A stretch of DNA of 64,000 nt from Calditrichia bacterium. Lineage in GTDB: Bacteria > Calditrichota > Calditrichia > JAJRVZ01. The position numbers and the translations under genes were made by a program. Location: assembly GCA_963796965.1 (NCBI GenBank), contig CAWCNS010000004.1:576001-640000 (forward strand), given 5' to 3'. Below are positions 33,640 to 45,460 of the stretch, in pieces. The notes under the pieces were generated by a model. The model ran no database searches. It was not told the DNA's origin and saw only the letters and a list, made by a program, of their open reading frames with translations. Within the stretch, counting starts at the first letter, position 1; every line of letters starts with the position of its first letter.

Positions 33640-36600
33640 GTGATGGAAAAACGTATTGTTTTAATTCTAGGAATTATAGTTCTCGGATTTATCATACTGA
33701 CAGTTGGTTGTATGGAAAGTGATGATAAGTCTAACGTGAAAACCTTTGAAGAACTAAAAACTTTGTTTCAAACCCCACCTGTGGAATATAGCAGTGCGCC
33801 GCTATGGGTATGGAATGATGATCTTGATGAAGAATTGATTGATGAGCAATTGGAAGATATGAAGTTTGGGGGTATCCATGGTGTTTTTATTCATCCCCGT
33901 CCTGGTTTGATTACACCTTATCTGTCCGATCGATGGTTTGAGTTATGTCGGCATACGGTTGACAAAGCAAAAGAATTAGGAATGGAAGTATGGCTCTATG
34001 ATGAAAATTCTTATCCCAGCGGCTTTGCCGGTGGGCATGTGCCTGCTAAAATGCCGGAATCCTATAATCAGGGTATGGGGCTCCAGATGGAACAAGCTGA
34101 CCATCTCCTTGATAATGCAGGTGAAAAGTATTATCTGATCCTAAAAAAGACAAATGATGGTTATAAAGATGTAACCCAACAATGGAAATCTGAAGTGGGA
34201 CAATCAGGAGATTATTGTCTGTTTATAAAAACTTTTGAGGGCAAATCGCCCTGGTTTGGAGGGTACTCCTATGTGGATTTGCTCCTGGAGGGTGTTACAG
34301 AGAAATTTATCGAAGAAACCATGACCGGGTATCAAAAAGCAATCGGTCATGAATTTGGTAAAACAGTCCCGGGTATCTTTACAGATGAACCAAATATCAA
34401 AGCACCTGGTGGGACACGGTGGACACCAGCCTTATTCGATGAGTTCGAAAAACGCTGGGGGTATGATTTAAAAACAAATTTACCTTCAATCTTCATAGAA
34501 ACAGGCGACTTTCAACGTGTGCGGCATAATTATTATACATTATTACTTGAATTATTTATTGAGCGTTGGAGTAAACTGTGGTACGAATACACAGAAGACC
34601 ATAATTTGGCATGGACCGGGCATTATTGGGAACATGGATGGCCGGATCCCGGGCATGGTGGAGATAATATGGCCATGTATGCCTGGCATCAGATGCCGGC
34701 GATCGATGTTCTAATGAATCAGTATAGCGAAAATGTCAGTGCCCAGTTTGGAAATGTTAGAGCTGTTAAAGAATTACGCAGTGCCGCGAATCAGATGGGA
34801 AGAACAAGGACACTAAGCGAAACCTATGGAGCAGGTGGTTGGGATCTCCGCTTTGAGGATATGAAAAGAATTGGTGACTGGGAATATGTACTAGGTGTAA
34901 ATTTTCTCAATCAACATCTTTCCTATATCACCTTGTCCGGTGCCCGGAAACGTGATCATCCCCAATCATTTTCCTATCATGATCCCTGGTGGAAGTTTTA
35001 TCATACGCAAGGAGATTATTTTGCCCGTCTGTCGTTAGCCATGTCATCAGGAGTACAGATTAATAAAATTCTGGTTCTTGAACCTACAACCACTGCCTGG
35101 ATGTATTTCTCCACCCAGACAGCAAATAAGAAATATCGTCCACTGGGTCCCACTTTCCAAAAATTTCTCTTTGGCTTAGAAAAACGTCAAATTGAATATG
35201 ATCTGGGCTCCGAAAATATCATAAAAAATAATGGTAAAATTGTTGATGATAATTTTGTGGTTGGATATGGAAAGTATAACCTTGTCATACTACCACCACT
35301 TCTTGAAAATCTTGATAAAACAACCACAAATCTTCTGAAAAAGTATTTGGAAAACGGTGGCCAGGTTCTTTCTTTTTCCGGAATTCCAGGTTATGTCGAT
35401 GGCGTGAAGAATGAAGAGTTAACATCTATAGTTAACAAATATAAGACACAATGGCATCAAGCCTCTTCGCTAAAAGATGAAGTAGTTGCACCTTTACTGA
35501 AATCCGATGGTATTCAATTTGCAAACCCTGATGCAATAAAAGGCGTTTTATTCCATCACCGTCGTCAGCTGGAAGATGGACAATTAATATTCCTGGTGAA
35601 CAGTGACCTGGACAACTGGTCAACCGGATCATTTCTGACACAGGGGAGATCCATAAAGGAATTTAATTTGGAATCTGGTGAAATTGTATCCTATCCCTGG
35701 CAAGATAAAGAGGGTATGGTTAATGTTAATTTTGACCTGCCGCCGGCTGGAAGCCTTCTCCTTTATGTTAACCCGGAATCAGCTAAAATGCCGGAGCAAC
35801 AAAAAGCAGGAAAAGTGAAAATTCTGACACCGGCGGATAAAATGTCAATCGAACGCCTCGCCCCAAATACATTAACCCTTGACTACGTTGATTTAAGAGT
35901 GGCTGGCAAATCAGAAAAAGATATTTACTTTTTTCAGGCTGCCGATATGATTTTTAAAGAACATGGCTTTGAGGCTAATCCCTGGAGTAGTTCTGTTCAG
36001 TATAAATCAAATATACTCGATCGGAATACTTTTCCGGCTAATTCCGGATTCGAGGCTGACTATTCTTTTACCGTAGCGAAAGGTGTTAATCTCGGAGAAT
36101 TGAAGGCTGTTGCTGAGCGACCTGAAAATTGGCAACTGTCAATCAATGGCAAATCCATCAAGCCGAATAAAGATGAGAGTTGGTTGGACCGGGCATTTGC
36201 GGTGTATGATATCGGTAAAGAAGTCAATTACGGTCGTAATGTTATCACATTAAAAGCTTCCCCAATGACGGTTCATTCGGAGCTTGAACCGATTTACCTA
36301 ATTGGGGATTTTAACCTGAAATCTGTCAGCAAAGGATGGCAAATTGTCAAATCGTCTGCGGTAAAAATGGGAAGTTGGTCAGCCCAGGGTTTACCCTTTT
36401 ATTCGGATGGTATGTCCTACTCCAGCACCTATAAAGTACAACCCGGTTCAAAAACTTATATTGTTAAGGTAACGGACTGGTTGGGCTGTGTGGCGGAAGT
36501 TAAAGTCAATCAGAAGTCTGCGGGCGTCATTATCAGCCAACCCGGTGAATTAGATGTGACCGATCTCGTCAAGGAAGGCGAGAATGAAATTACCGTTAAT

Positions 36601-37483
36601 GTTTACGGTACACTTAAAAATTTGCTTGGCCCACATCATAATGGTCCTCTTCGTGGAAGTGCCTGGCCAGCCTCTTTTGAAGCTGCGGCAATAAATATGC
36701 CGGCTGGCGAAAATTATGATGTGATCGGTTATGGTTTATTTGAACCATTTATGTTAGTTGAATCTGAAGGTGGTTCACAACGGTATTATTTCAGGGAGTA
36801 CCGTGTCGCGCAACCAGTGATACACGCTGAAAAACATTTGCAAGTAGATAAGCCTCTTAAGGTAGAATTGAGCACAAGTACAGAGGGGGCGGATATCTAT
36901 TATACCATTAATGGGCAAATCCCCACACGATCATCCAAATCTTACAAGAGCCCGATTACGATTTCCAAAAATTCCTTTCTACAGGTGCGTGCTGTTAAGA
37001 AGGGACTGAAAGAAAGTGCGGTGGTTGCGCAATCCTTCTATCGTTCTGGATAGTAAGATTCATGGATTGGATTATGCTTATTATGAAGGTCAATGGGAGG
37101 ATATTCCACCCTTTGATGAGCTCAAAGCGATTCACAAAGGGCGGGTTTATGATTTTGACTTGAAATTGCTAAAAACGCGACAGGAAAAATTCGCGGTAAA
37201 ATATAAGGGTTATATCTATATTGCTAAAAGCGGTACTTATGACTTTTATATAAATTCAAATGATGGTAGCATACTTTTTATCGCTGGGAAGGAGGTAATC
37301 GATAATGGTGGAGCTCATGGCCTTCAGGAAAGACAAGGACAAATAAATTTGTCGACAGGATTACATCCAATTATGGTCCACTACTTTGATAGTGGTGGTA
37401 GCCAATACCTTGGCCTCTCCTATCAGGGCCCGGGTATCAAAAAGCAACAGGTCCCAGCCAGTATTTTGAGGTATCGGAAGTAA
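33640..37483 (+). CDS. Large GH106-like glycoside hydrolase with Fn3-associated and PA14 domains; lipoprotein; frameshift near 37040
   Basis: PLWVWND, LYDENSYPSGFAGG, GIFTDEP, RKRDHP; IYYTING. PA14 (NSNDGS) lies in ORF 37016..37483. Confidence 0.75.
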
Positions 37484-37492
37484 ATTTCACAA

Positions 37493-37573
37493 GATTCCGA
37501 ATTTATTTCGGAATCCAAGTACGATAGAACCTGTCCGAAGGAATCCTTTGGAGAAACACGTTCAGGTTGACAG
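37493..37573. repeat. Family D REP doublet whose right copy is split by a 20-nt hairpin
   Basis: gattccgaatttatttcggaatc ... agaacctg[tccgaaggaatcctttggag]aaacacgttcaggttgacag. Confidence 0.8.
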
Positions 37574-37694
37574 AAATGTCTCCTTATCATGAATGAGTGA
37601 ATTTAGATAGAGAGGATAATCATTTATCCTTAGTCATTAATCTCATATAAGTGTATATCTTAGATTGAGACAAAAAAGTATTCAGGGAGGTATA

Positions 37695-39864
37695 ATGAGT
37701 AACAAGATGAAACGTCGCGATTTTATCAAGTCTTCTGTAGCAATTGGTGGTCTATCTATGCTACCATTTGAATTTTATAGTTGTACCTCTGAAACAGGTG
37801 ATTTTTTATACACTCCTAAGGAATATGATATCTTTTTTAAATATAAGGTACCCGGAAAAATCTACAGATATAATATGCAGAATCTAACCTCCCTGTTTCC
37901 TGAGGTATCGCCCCACCAACACTGGGTGTTAAAGTCTGTGGTTTGTATCTTTCAAGGATTGGTTAATCGGGTTGAGCCCCGGTTATATCTGAATAATTCT
38001 CCTTCTGATGTTGATTGGCTAGGTATTTATAAAAAAAATGGCTACGCATTAAATGTCAGCGATATATCAGATTTTGAACAGCTATTAAAAGAATTCTGTC
38101 CGGAGTTAGGTGGCTATATCGTTGCGGATCCAACTATGCCGGATACAATAAATGTTGCTCAAACCTGGGGAGCTCTGGAAAATTGGATGGTTGTTACCCC
38201 ACAATTGATACCGCTGGTTGAAAAATATGGTTTAAGACAAAAAGAGGATCTACGCGGTCGTTGGAAGGGAAGAGTGCCCGCGTATGAATGGGCCTTTGAG
38301 AATCTATTTAGCGGTTGTTCCAAACATGTTTTTGGTGATTGCTGTATTGATTTTCCCTTTCACCCCAGCGAGGGTTCTTTTCAAATTCGTGACTTCCTGG
38401 TAGCGAATAAATCATTTACTGTTGATCTTTCTGCTGCCCGAAGACAACGGAAAGAATATAATTTACTCAACAAGATTTATGATAAACTTGAATTTCCATC
38501 CGGTATCTGGGGTTGGCATGATTCGCGAGACCATGAACACTGGGCAGTGGACCGTGCAGCACGGAAGAGTGCCTATACGATCTGTGCAGTTGGTAGTCCG
38601 AATTTTACGGTTCATGGTGGTGTAAGACCTCAAAAAAGTGCGCTTCCAAAACAAAAACCGAGTACAAGAAAAAATCTGGTTGCAGAAAAAAATAAAATTT
38701 ATATTGCCTGGATGATGACCGATGGCGATGCTTTATGGGTGATGGCCAACCAGCAGATGGGAAATTGGGGACCACAGAAAAAACGGAATTTTCCTATGAC
38801 CTGGGGATTTCTTCCCCTGGTTGCCGATCTGGCGCCGGCTATGTATCTGGATTACATAAAAGAAATGAATGATAATGACTATATGATTGCCGGACCTTCG
38901 GGAGCAGGATATACCTATCCTTTTATGTACGCAGATCCCCGGCAATTCTTGCGTTATACAAAATTTTATATGCAGAAAACGGGATTGGAAATCGTTAATA
39001 TTACCAATTGGAATGATTATACGAATTGGCAGGAAGTCGATTTACCCGACTTTAATCCTATTCTTTACCAGGAGTTGGATAATTGTTTGGGTTATGTGCG
39101 CGGAATGGGTGAATCGGCCTTTGAACCCCATTATAATTTCGGGGACAAACCCTATGTTTTTTGCGGGGAGGGTATTCACAGAACTGATAAGGATGATGTG
39201 GACACGATAAAAAGTCTTCATTGAAGCCAATCCAAACCGTCCTCTTTTTATATTTTCACTCATCAATATTGCCACGAAGATGGAAAGAATACAAAAAGTG
39301 GTCGATTCTCTTGATACATATGATATTGAATATGTCCGTCTTGACGATTTTATGCACCTGATTAAAAGTGCTTATAAACAGGGCCTGATCACAGAGGATC
39401 TCTATCCAAACCGAGAAGGAAATGAGCAAATTCTTATAAAGGAAGCACCGGCAGCCTGGCAAAACACCAAGGCGGCGATTAAGAGGCTGGAACCGATTAT
39501 CAAAGCACCAAATGAAAAGAAAGCGCTCTTTGAGTTAAATTCTGACGAGGCCAACCTCGCCCAGGGACAGTTCATTACGGATGAAGATAAATCCGATATT
39601 CTCGCCTTTGCTCTTTGTGAATCTATGTTTGGATTGGCCAAAAATGTCCTCAATCTGCAAGGTATATATGTGAATCTGAGAAAAGAGTCAATTGAAAAAA
39701 TCACGAACATGTACAAAGAGTGGTCGGGTATCAATTCACTCAATCAGTTAATGAAAATGTGGGAAGAGTGGGAGCAAAGAACATTTGCCTGGAAGGAAGT
39801 TGTAGGGATAGGTCAAGATTTTCTAAAAGTATTTAAACAGGCTGATCGCTTATTTCCTTCTTAA
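37695..39864 (+). CDS. Tat-exported GxGYxYP-family putative glycoside hydrolase; frameshift near 39215
   Basis: RBS ggagg; KRRDFIK Tat motif; QGLVNR..PRLY; TDGD; SGAGYTYP. The shifted frame runs into ORF 39280..39864. Confidence 0.8.
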
Positions 39865-39938
39865 GGTTGAAATTCGAGCCTATTTTGGCCGATTACAAGT
39901 AACTCTTATATGAAAATTGTCACGTAATCAGGTAACTA

Positions 39939-40311
39939 ATGTTAAAGAAAATCTTTCCATTTCTTTTGTTGTCAGGATTGATCAGTTTATTAGCAATCGG
40001 ATGTGAAGACGTTTGCAAAATAAAAGCAAAGATCCATCCCTCATTGCAAATGCTGCCAGTTCCGCAGGGAGTGGGGGTCAATATTCATTTCTTTGAAGGT
40101 AATGAAAAAGACTGGTCGATGATTGATAAGTCTGGTTTGGGTATTGTACGCATGGATGTGTCCTGGGCGGCAATAGAAAGGGAAGCAGGAAGATATGATT
40201 TCAGCCGTCATGATGGCTTGATCCGCAATCTGGAAGATCACAATCCTGCGCGTATGTGATGCCGAGGGCAGACCATTGGATCTCAATCAATATTCGATTA
40301 ATATAGAATGA
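39939..40311 (+). pseudogene. Internally deleted GH39/GH5-like lipoprotein gene (N-terminus joined to extreme C-terminus)
   Basis: GVNIHF...VRMDVSWAAIEREAGRYDF covers only the first barrel strands. After one extra base it reads LRVCDAEGRPLDLNQYSINIE-stop. Confidence 0.65.
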
Positions 40312-40388
40312 ACCGGATAGAAGAATCATTGGGGAACTCTTCGGGATCACTAATCAAAGGCATACCATAAATATGAAGGAACACATCA

Positions 40389-41750
40389 ATGCCTAAGAAG
40401 ATATCAAGACGAAATTTTATAACTACGTCAGCTGCCTTAACGGTCGGAGTCAATATGGGTTTAAATGCCAAATCCTATGCCAGAATTATCGGTGCAAACG
40501 ACCGCATTAATATTGGATTTCTGGGATGCGGAGCGCGGAGCGGTGGACATCGCAATATGGTTGAAATGTCTTATAAAGATAAAAATCTTAGGGTTGTGGC
40601 CGTTTGTGATATCTGGCGTCTAAACCGCGAACAGGCAGCAGCTGAATGCAAATCCAGATTTGGTGATAGCGTCAGGGAATTCAAGTATTCAGAAGATATG
40701 CTGGAGATGAAGGATCTGGATGGGGTGATGATTGCAACAGGTGATCATCAGCATGCCAAAATTCTGGCAGAAGTTGTTAATGCCGGTAAGGACTGTTATT
40801 GTGAAAAACCGATGGCTCAGGATATAGTTGAAGCCAAATTGGCACGGGATACGGTCCTGAATTCAGATCAGGTTGTGCAAATGGGATCTCAATGGGTTAG
40901 CGATCCGATACAGCAAAAAGTCCGGGATATCGTGCGTTCAGGAAAACTTGGACAAATCACAAAAATTGAGCAGTGCTGGAATGATAATAATCATCGCTGG
41001 CATAACCCGGATGATACAGATGTGCATTCTATCCGTGAAAAAGATACAGATTGGCAACGCTGGTTGCTAGGTAAACCCGATCGGCCGTTCGATCCATGGA
41101 AGTATTTTGAGTTCCGCATTTTTAAGGATTTCTCAGGTGGCATTACCTCACAGTGGATGAGTCATGGTATAGGATTGGTCCATTTTTATACAGATACCGC
41201 AATTCCTGATACAATGGTCGCAAGCGGTGGAATATTCGGATGGCCGGATATTCGAGAGAATCCGGACACCTTTCAGGCTTTAGCAACTTATGAGGATCAG
41301 AAATTTCTTTATTCTTATCAGTCCAGCTATGCCAACCGTTTCGGCGATTACAATATCATCCGTGGAAAGGATGCCACCTTATTTGCCCACGGCGGTGAAG
41401 GGAGTCCGCGATGGTTTTTAATCAAAGAACATCAACAACTACCAGGGGGCTTTGACTTCTACGAAGGTTTTAAGCAAGCGGTCGAGAAAGGTCAGGCAGA
41501 GATAATTACCTGTCCCGAATACGGAAATACCTTACCGCCTACCGGTGGGAGCGATGATAGTAAATGGCACCTGGATAATTGGATTGATTGTATGCGCAGC
41601 AGAAATAAGCAAACCAATGGGCATATTATGACCGGTTACTGGCATTCTATCGGTATTGTCATGGCAACTGAAGCCTACCGCCAGAGAGAAAAATTGTACT
41701 GGGATCGTGAGAAAGAGGAGATTGTCTCAACACCGCCTCAGAAGAGATAA
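40389..41750 (+). CDS. Tat-exported Gfo/Idh/MocA oxidoreductase
   Basis: SRRNF Tat motif; IIGANDRINIGFLGCGAR; YCEKPM. Confidence 0.92.
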   Translation: MPKKISRRNFITTSAALTVGVNMGLNAKSYARIIGANDRINIGFLGCGARSGGHRNMVEMSYKDKNLRVVAVCDIWRLNREQAAAECKSRFGDSVREFKYSEDMLEMKDLDGVMIATGDHQHAKILAEVVNAGKDCYCEKPMAQDIVEAKLARDTVLNSDQVVQMGSQWVSDPIQQKVRDIVRSGKLGQITKIEQCWNDNNHRWHNPDDTDVHSIREKDTDWQRWLLGKPDRPFDPWKYFEFRIFKDFSGGITSQWMSHGIGLVHFYTDTAIPDTMVASGGIFGWPDIRENPDTFQALATYEDQKFLYSYQSSYANRFGDYNIIRGKDATLFAHGGEGSPRWFLIKEHQQLPGGFDFYEGFKQAVEKGQAEIITCPEYGNTLPPTGGSDDSKWHLDNWIDCMRSRNKQTNGHIMTGYWHSIGIVMATEAYRQREKLYWDREKEEIVSTPPQKR

Positions 41751-41903
41751 TCTGCAGATGTCTGTATTGCTTATTTTATTGAAGAATGGGATGATCCGTT
41801 CATGAAGGAGTAAGTTAAAAAAAATTCCGGATTAATCAGACATTAGATGGGTCAGTAAATCTGATCAATGCATATTGTTGCAAACAAATCGTAAAATTTT
41901 CTC

Positions 41904-41975
41904 TGTCATCCTGAAGGGATCTTCCTTCGTGTAGATGCGATTTAGGCAAGCAGGAAGATTCCTAACGGAATGACA
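41904..41975. repeat. Family D variant REP doublet
   Basis: tgtcatcctgaagggatcttcct ... aggaagattcctaacggaatgaca; sister copy at 47085-47157. Confidence 0.85.
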
Positions 41976-42053
41976 CAAAAATTTTGCTTATTTAACAAAG
42001 TTTTTGGCAGAAACAGCAAGATTATACCTCTAACAAAAAATACAGGAGAAAAC

Positions 42054-44015
42054 GTGATTGCTACTAATAATCAAAATCTGAGATACCCGGTTCTGATAAT
42101 GATTCTATGTTTACTTTTTCTTATTAGTCTAATCGGTTATGCAAATAATGAAATCAGTTATCAAGAAGGTAGTTATATTAAAGATTGGCTGATTTGTGGA
42201 CCCTTTCCCAACTGTGAAGATTGTTCTACAACCAATTATTACCATAACACAAAATGCACAGGTTTTTATACTGATTATCTTGCTTCGATGGGAGGGGAAT
42301 TATCTGCCATCCCAAGTGAGGGCAGCAGTGTAAGAGTGGAAGAGAAAAATCTTGAACGTAAATGGTTCCGTTATCAGTCAGAAGGTGATCTGATACCTCT
42401 GAATGATATTCTTGATCCAAACGACCTGGTTGTCGCCTATGCCTTTTGCCAGGTCAATAGCCCTGAAGCGAAAAAATCAATCTTGTCTCTCGGAAGTAAT
42501 GATGGCATTCAGGCATTTTTGAATGGTAAAAAAATACATGAAATTCATCCCAGAACCGGACGCTGGTTGCAGAGGGACAATGATTTTATCCCTGTTGAAC
42601 TGAAGGCAGGATTAAATAATTTATTGCTAAAAATTGATGAGGGTGGTGGCGAATTTGGATTTGTCGCCCGGTTTTTGAATTATGACTCCACTATGGCTGC
42701 TATACGCAACAACCTAGATGCCCATAAAGTACTTTCCCTGGTAGCTTATGCTGATACACTAAAAGCAAGTTTTGGCAAACCTTACAAAATCTCGGCGCTT
42801 AGCCCGGGCACAGATGTAAAAATCGAACTAATTCATGAAACGGCTGGGAAGTTAGCCGAAATATCAACTGCTCCGGGAACAGAGGTGCCCTTTGCTCTTT
42901 CCTCAATTCCAGATGGTTTTTACCAGGCGAGGGCAACATTTCCTACAGAAGAGGACGGTATAATTGTTTCTGAAACACGCAACTTTCAGGGAAAACTTAA
43001 AAGACATCCAAAAGTGAAGATGTTGGATAAAAACCTGATGCCTATCGGTAACGATGGTAAGCCTTTTTTCCCCATTGGTACCTACGGGGCTCCAGTGGAA
43101 GACTATCAGAAGTTAAAAAAAGCCGGGTATAATTTTGTGGTTGCCGCAGGTTCTAACCTTGATAAAGTGCATGAAGCAGGTTTGATGGCGGCGGTTCCGG
43201 TTCATGGAAAAAAACCTCACTGGTTCGAAGAGGTGCGCGAAACGATAGAAAAATATAAAGATCATCCCGCCGTCTTGTGTTGGATGCTCTATGATGAACC
43301 TGGATATAACCGGGCCGATCTTCTGGATATTTATGAATTATATAAGGTAGCCCATAAAGCAGACCCTGATCATCCATCCTATCTGGTCATTACAAACCCA
43401 AGGGTATATAAAACATTCGGTTATTGTTGCGATATATTAGCAGTAGATACCTATCCGGTGGTACAGGGAGATTATACAGCAGTGGGTGAAAATCTTGCCA
43501 GGGCTGTCCGGGAAATCCCGGATGACCTACCCGTATGGCATTGTGGACAAATGTTCGCCTGGCCGGCACAGCGTAGACCTACTGTACAGGAACACCGCTT
43601 TATGACCTATGCCGCAGTTATTGAAGGGGCTAAAGGAATGTTGTGGTATACCTATAAAGGTTTTGGACAATATCTGCCAGAAGATGACCCCGAGTTATGG
43701 CGTTCTCAAAAAAAGTTATTAGCAGAAATTAATGATCTCGCAGTACTATATATGGAAGGTAAAAAAGGTAAAGAGATTAATATGGTTAATGTTCTGGATG
43801 ATATTAAATTCAGATATATCAAAAGCACAAAGGGCAACTATCTGCTCGTTGTCAACCAGTCCAAAACGGAAACACTCTCACCGTCTTTTAAAATGCCGAA
43901 GAATGTGTCCCAAAAAATTTCTGTCTACGGTGAGGATAGATCCATTGAGATAAAAAATAATCAACTTACAGATACATTTAAACCACTAGATGTGCATATT
44001 TATCAAATTAGGTAA
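42054..44015 (+). CDS. Secreted hypothetical glycoside hydrolase: N-terminal PA14-like beta domain plus TIM-barrel (GH-A-like) domain
   Basis: GTG after ggag; WLICGPF...LGSNDG...LNG; FFPIGTY, HPAVLCWMLYDEP, DTYPV; C-terminal FKPLDVHIY. Confidence 0.65.
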   Translation: MIATNNQNLRYPVLIMILCLLFLISLIGYANNEISYQEGSYIKDWLICGPFPNCEDCSTTNYYHNTKCTGFYTDYLASMGGELSAIPSEGSSVRVEEKNLERKWFRYQSEGDLIPLNDILDPNDLVVAYAFCQVNSPEAKKSILSLGSNDGIQAFLNGKKIHEIHPRTGRWLQRDNDFIPVELKAGLNNLLLKIDEGGGEFGFVARFLNYDSTMAAIRNNLDAHKVLSLVAYADTLKASFGKPYKISALSPGTDVKIELIHETAGKLAEISTAPGTEVPFALSSIPDGFYQARATFPTEEDGIIVSETRNFQGKLKRHPKVKMLDKNLMPIGNDGKPFFPIGTYGAPVEDYQKLKKAGYNFVVAAGSNLDKVHEAGLMAAVPVHGKKPHWFEEVRETIEKYKDHPAVLCWMLYDEPGYNRADLLDIYELYKVAHKADPDHPSYLVITNPRVYKTFGYCCDILAVDTYPVVQGDYTAVGENLARAVREIPDDLPVWHCGQMFAWPAQRRPTVQEHRFMTYAAVIEGAKGMLWYTYKGFGQYLPEDDPELWRSQKKLLAEINDLAVLYMEGKKGKEINMVNVLDDIKFRYIKSTKGNYLLVVNQSKTETLSPSFKMPKNVSQKISVYGEDRSIEIKNNQLTDTFKPLDVHIYQIR

Positions 44016-44017
44016 AA

Positions 44018-44145
44018 AATAAAAAGGTAAAAGGTAATAGGAAAAAACTAATTACTAATTCCGAATTACAAATCCCAACTCAATTGTCAGTATAAAATAT
44101 GTAATTTGTGGAATTCGCTTGAATTCGTTTAATTCGTGGAAAAAA
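44018..44145. repeat. Two heptamer arrays and a family B right arm
   Basis: taaaaag gtaaaag gtaatag; ctaatta ctaattc cgaatta caaatcc; aatttgtggaattcgcttgaattcgtttaattcgtggaaaa. Confidence 0.75.
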
Positions 44146-44149
44146 TTCT

Positions 44150-45223
44150 ATGAAAGCAATTGTATTAAAAAAGCCGAAAACATTAGAATTAATGGACGTT
44201 CCTGAATTTGAATTACAGGAAGAAAATCATGTTCTGATCAAAGTAAAAGCATGTGGTATATGCGGGAGCGATCTGCGATATTGGGCAGGGGATAATCCCT
44301 GGGCATTACACACATTAGGTCGGCACATCGACAATCCCCCCAATATGATTATGGGGCATGAATTTGCCGGAGAAGTTGTCCAGGTGAATGCAACCAGGTA
44401 TGAATCATTATTAGGTCAGAAGGTTGGTGTACAATCATACCGGGTGTGTGGAAAATGTTCTTTTTGTAAAAGTGGCAGAGAAAATCTATGCCGGGAAATG
44501 ATCCATATTGGCCATGCTCAGGGTTGGGGCAGCATGGAATATTTTCCTGGTGCTTATGCTGAATACTGTCTCGGTTGGGCTGACTTATTGCATCCCATTG
44601 ACGATAATCTGACCTTTCCCGAAGCAGCTATGGCAGATATTTTGTGTGTGGCTGTTCATGTGGTTGGTCGGACTTCATTATATAAAGGAGCGAATATTTT
44701 TTGTATCGGTGGTGGGCCAGCGGGATTGAGTATTGCGCAGGTAGCGAAGTCAAAAGGAGCTGGAAACGTTTTCATTTCAGATCCATCGTCAATTGCCAGA
44801 GAGGTTATCCGTAAATATCCGGATTTTATTATTATTGACCCGCGGCGTGAGAATCCGATCGACGTTATTCGTGGGACCATTGGAGAGGCCGGATGTGCTG
44901 CCATATTTGATTCTGTTGGTAGTAATGAAACAGTAAATATGGGTTTACCCCTGCTTGAAGAATCTGGTACGTATGTTAATCTGGCGGTGCATAAGACAGA
45001 GTTTAATTTTGATGCCTCTTTAATTGGATCCGAACGTACCCTAACGACCTCTTCGAATGCCTTTTATCAGGATTTAGTTGAAGCCTATGAATTGTTGAAT
45101 AAAGGTATTATCGATGTTAAACCATGGATTACACATCGATTGCCGCTCGAGAGGTATAATGAGGCATTTGAATTATTATTAAAAGATCCGAAGGAGGCTT
45201 ATAAAGTCGTCTTCGAACCATAG
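44150..45223 (+). CDS. Zinc-dependent alcohol/polyol dehydrogenase (MDR family)
   Basis: CGICGSD, GHE, CxxCxxC...C structural Zn, GGGPAG. Confidence 0.92.
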   Translation: MKAIVLKKPKTLELMDVPEFELQEENHVLIKVKACGICGSDLRYWAGDNPWALHTLGRHIDNPPNMIMGHEFAGEVVQVNATRYESLLGQKVGVQSYRVCGKCSFCKSGRENLCREMIHIGHAQGWGSMEYFPGAYAEYCLGWADLLHPIDDNLTFPEAAMADILCVAVHVVGRTSLYKGANIFCIGGGPAGLSIAQVAKSKGAGNVFISDPSSIAREVIRKYPDFIIIDPRRENPIDVIRGTIGEAGCAAIFDSVGSNETVNMGLPLLEESGTYVNLAVHKTEFNFDASLIGSERTLTTSSNAFYQDLVEAYELLNKGIIDVKPWITHRLPLERYNEAFELLLKDPKEAYKVVFEP

Positions 45224-45229
45224 TCATAT

Positions 45230-45441
45230 AACCGCAAGGGTGCTAAGAGAACAGAAGAATAAAGAAAAAAGACAAAAGAAAGAAGATATACATATAATCT
45301 TCATGCTCTTATTGTCAATTTTATACCTATTAAATTAATTTCCAAATTGAAATAATTATTTCAATTATATAAATCAAAGTATTAAAATAAAGATTATTTC
45401 CTTTGCGTGCTTTGCGCCTTCTTTGCGTCTTTGCGGTTTAA
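45230..45441. repeat. Family A element with an internal heptamer run
   Basis: aaccgcaagggtgctaag ... ctttgcgtgctttgcgccttctttgcgtctttgcggttt. Confidence 0.8.
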
Positions 45442-45460
45442 TCAATCTTTGAGGCATGTT

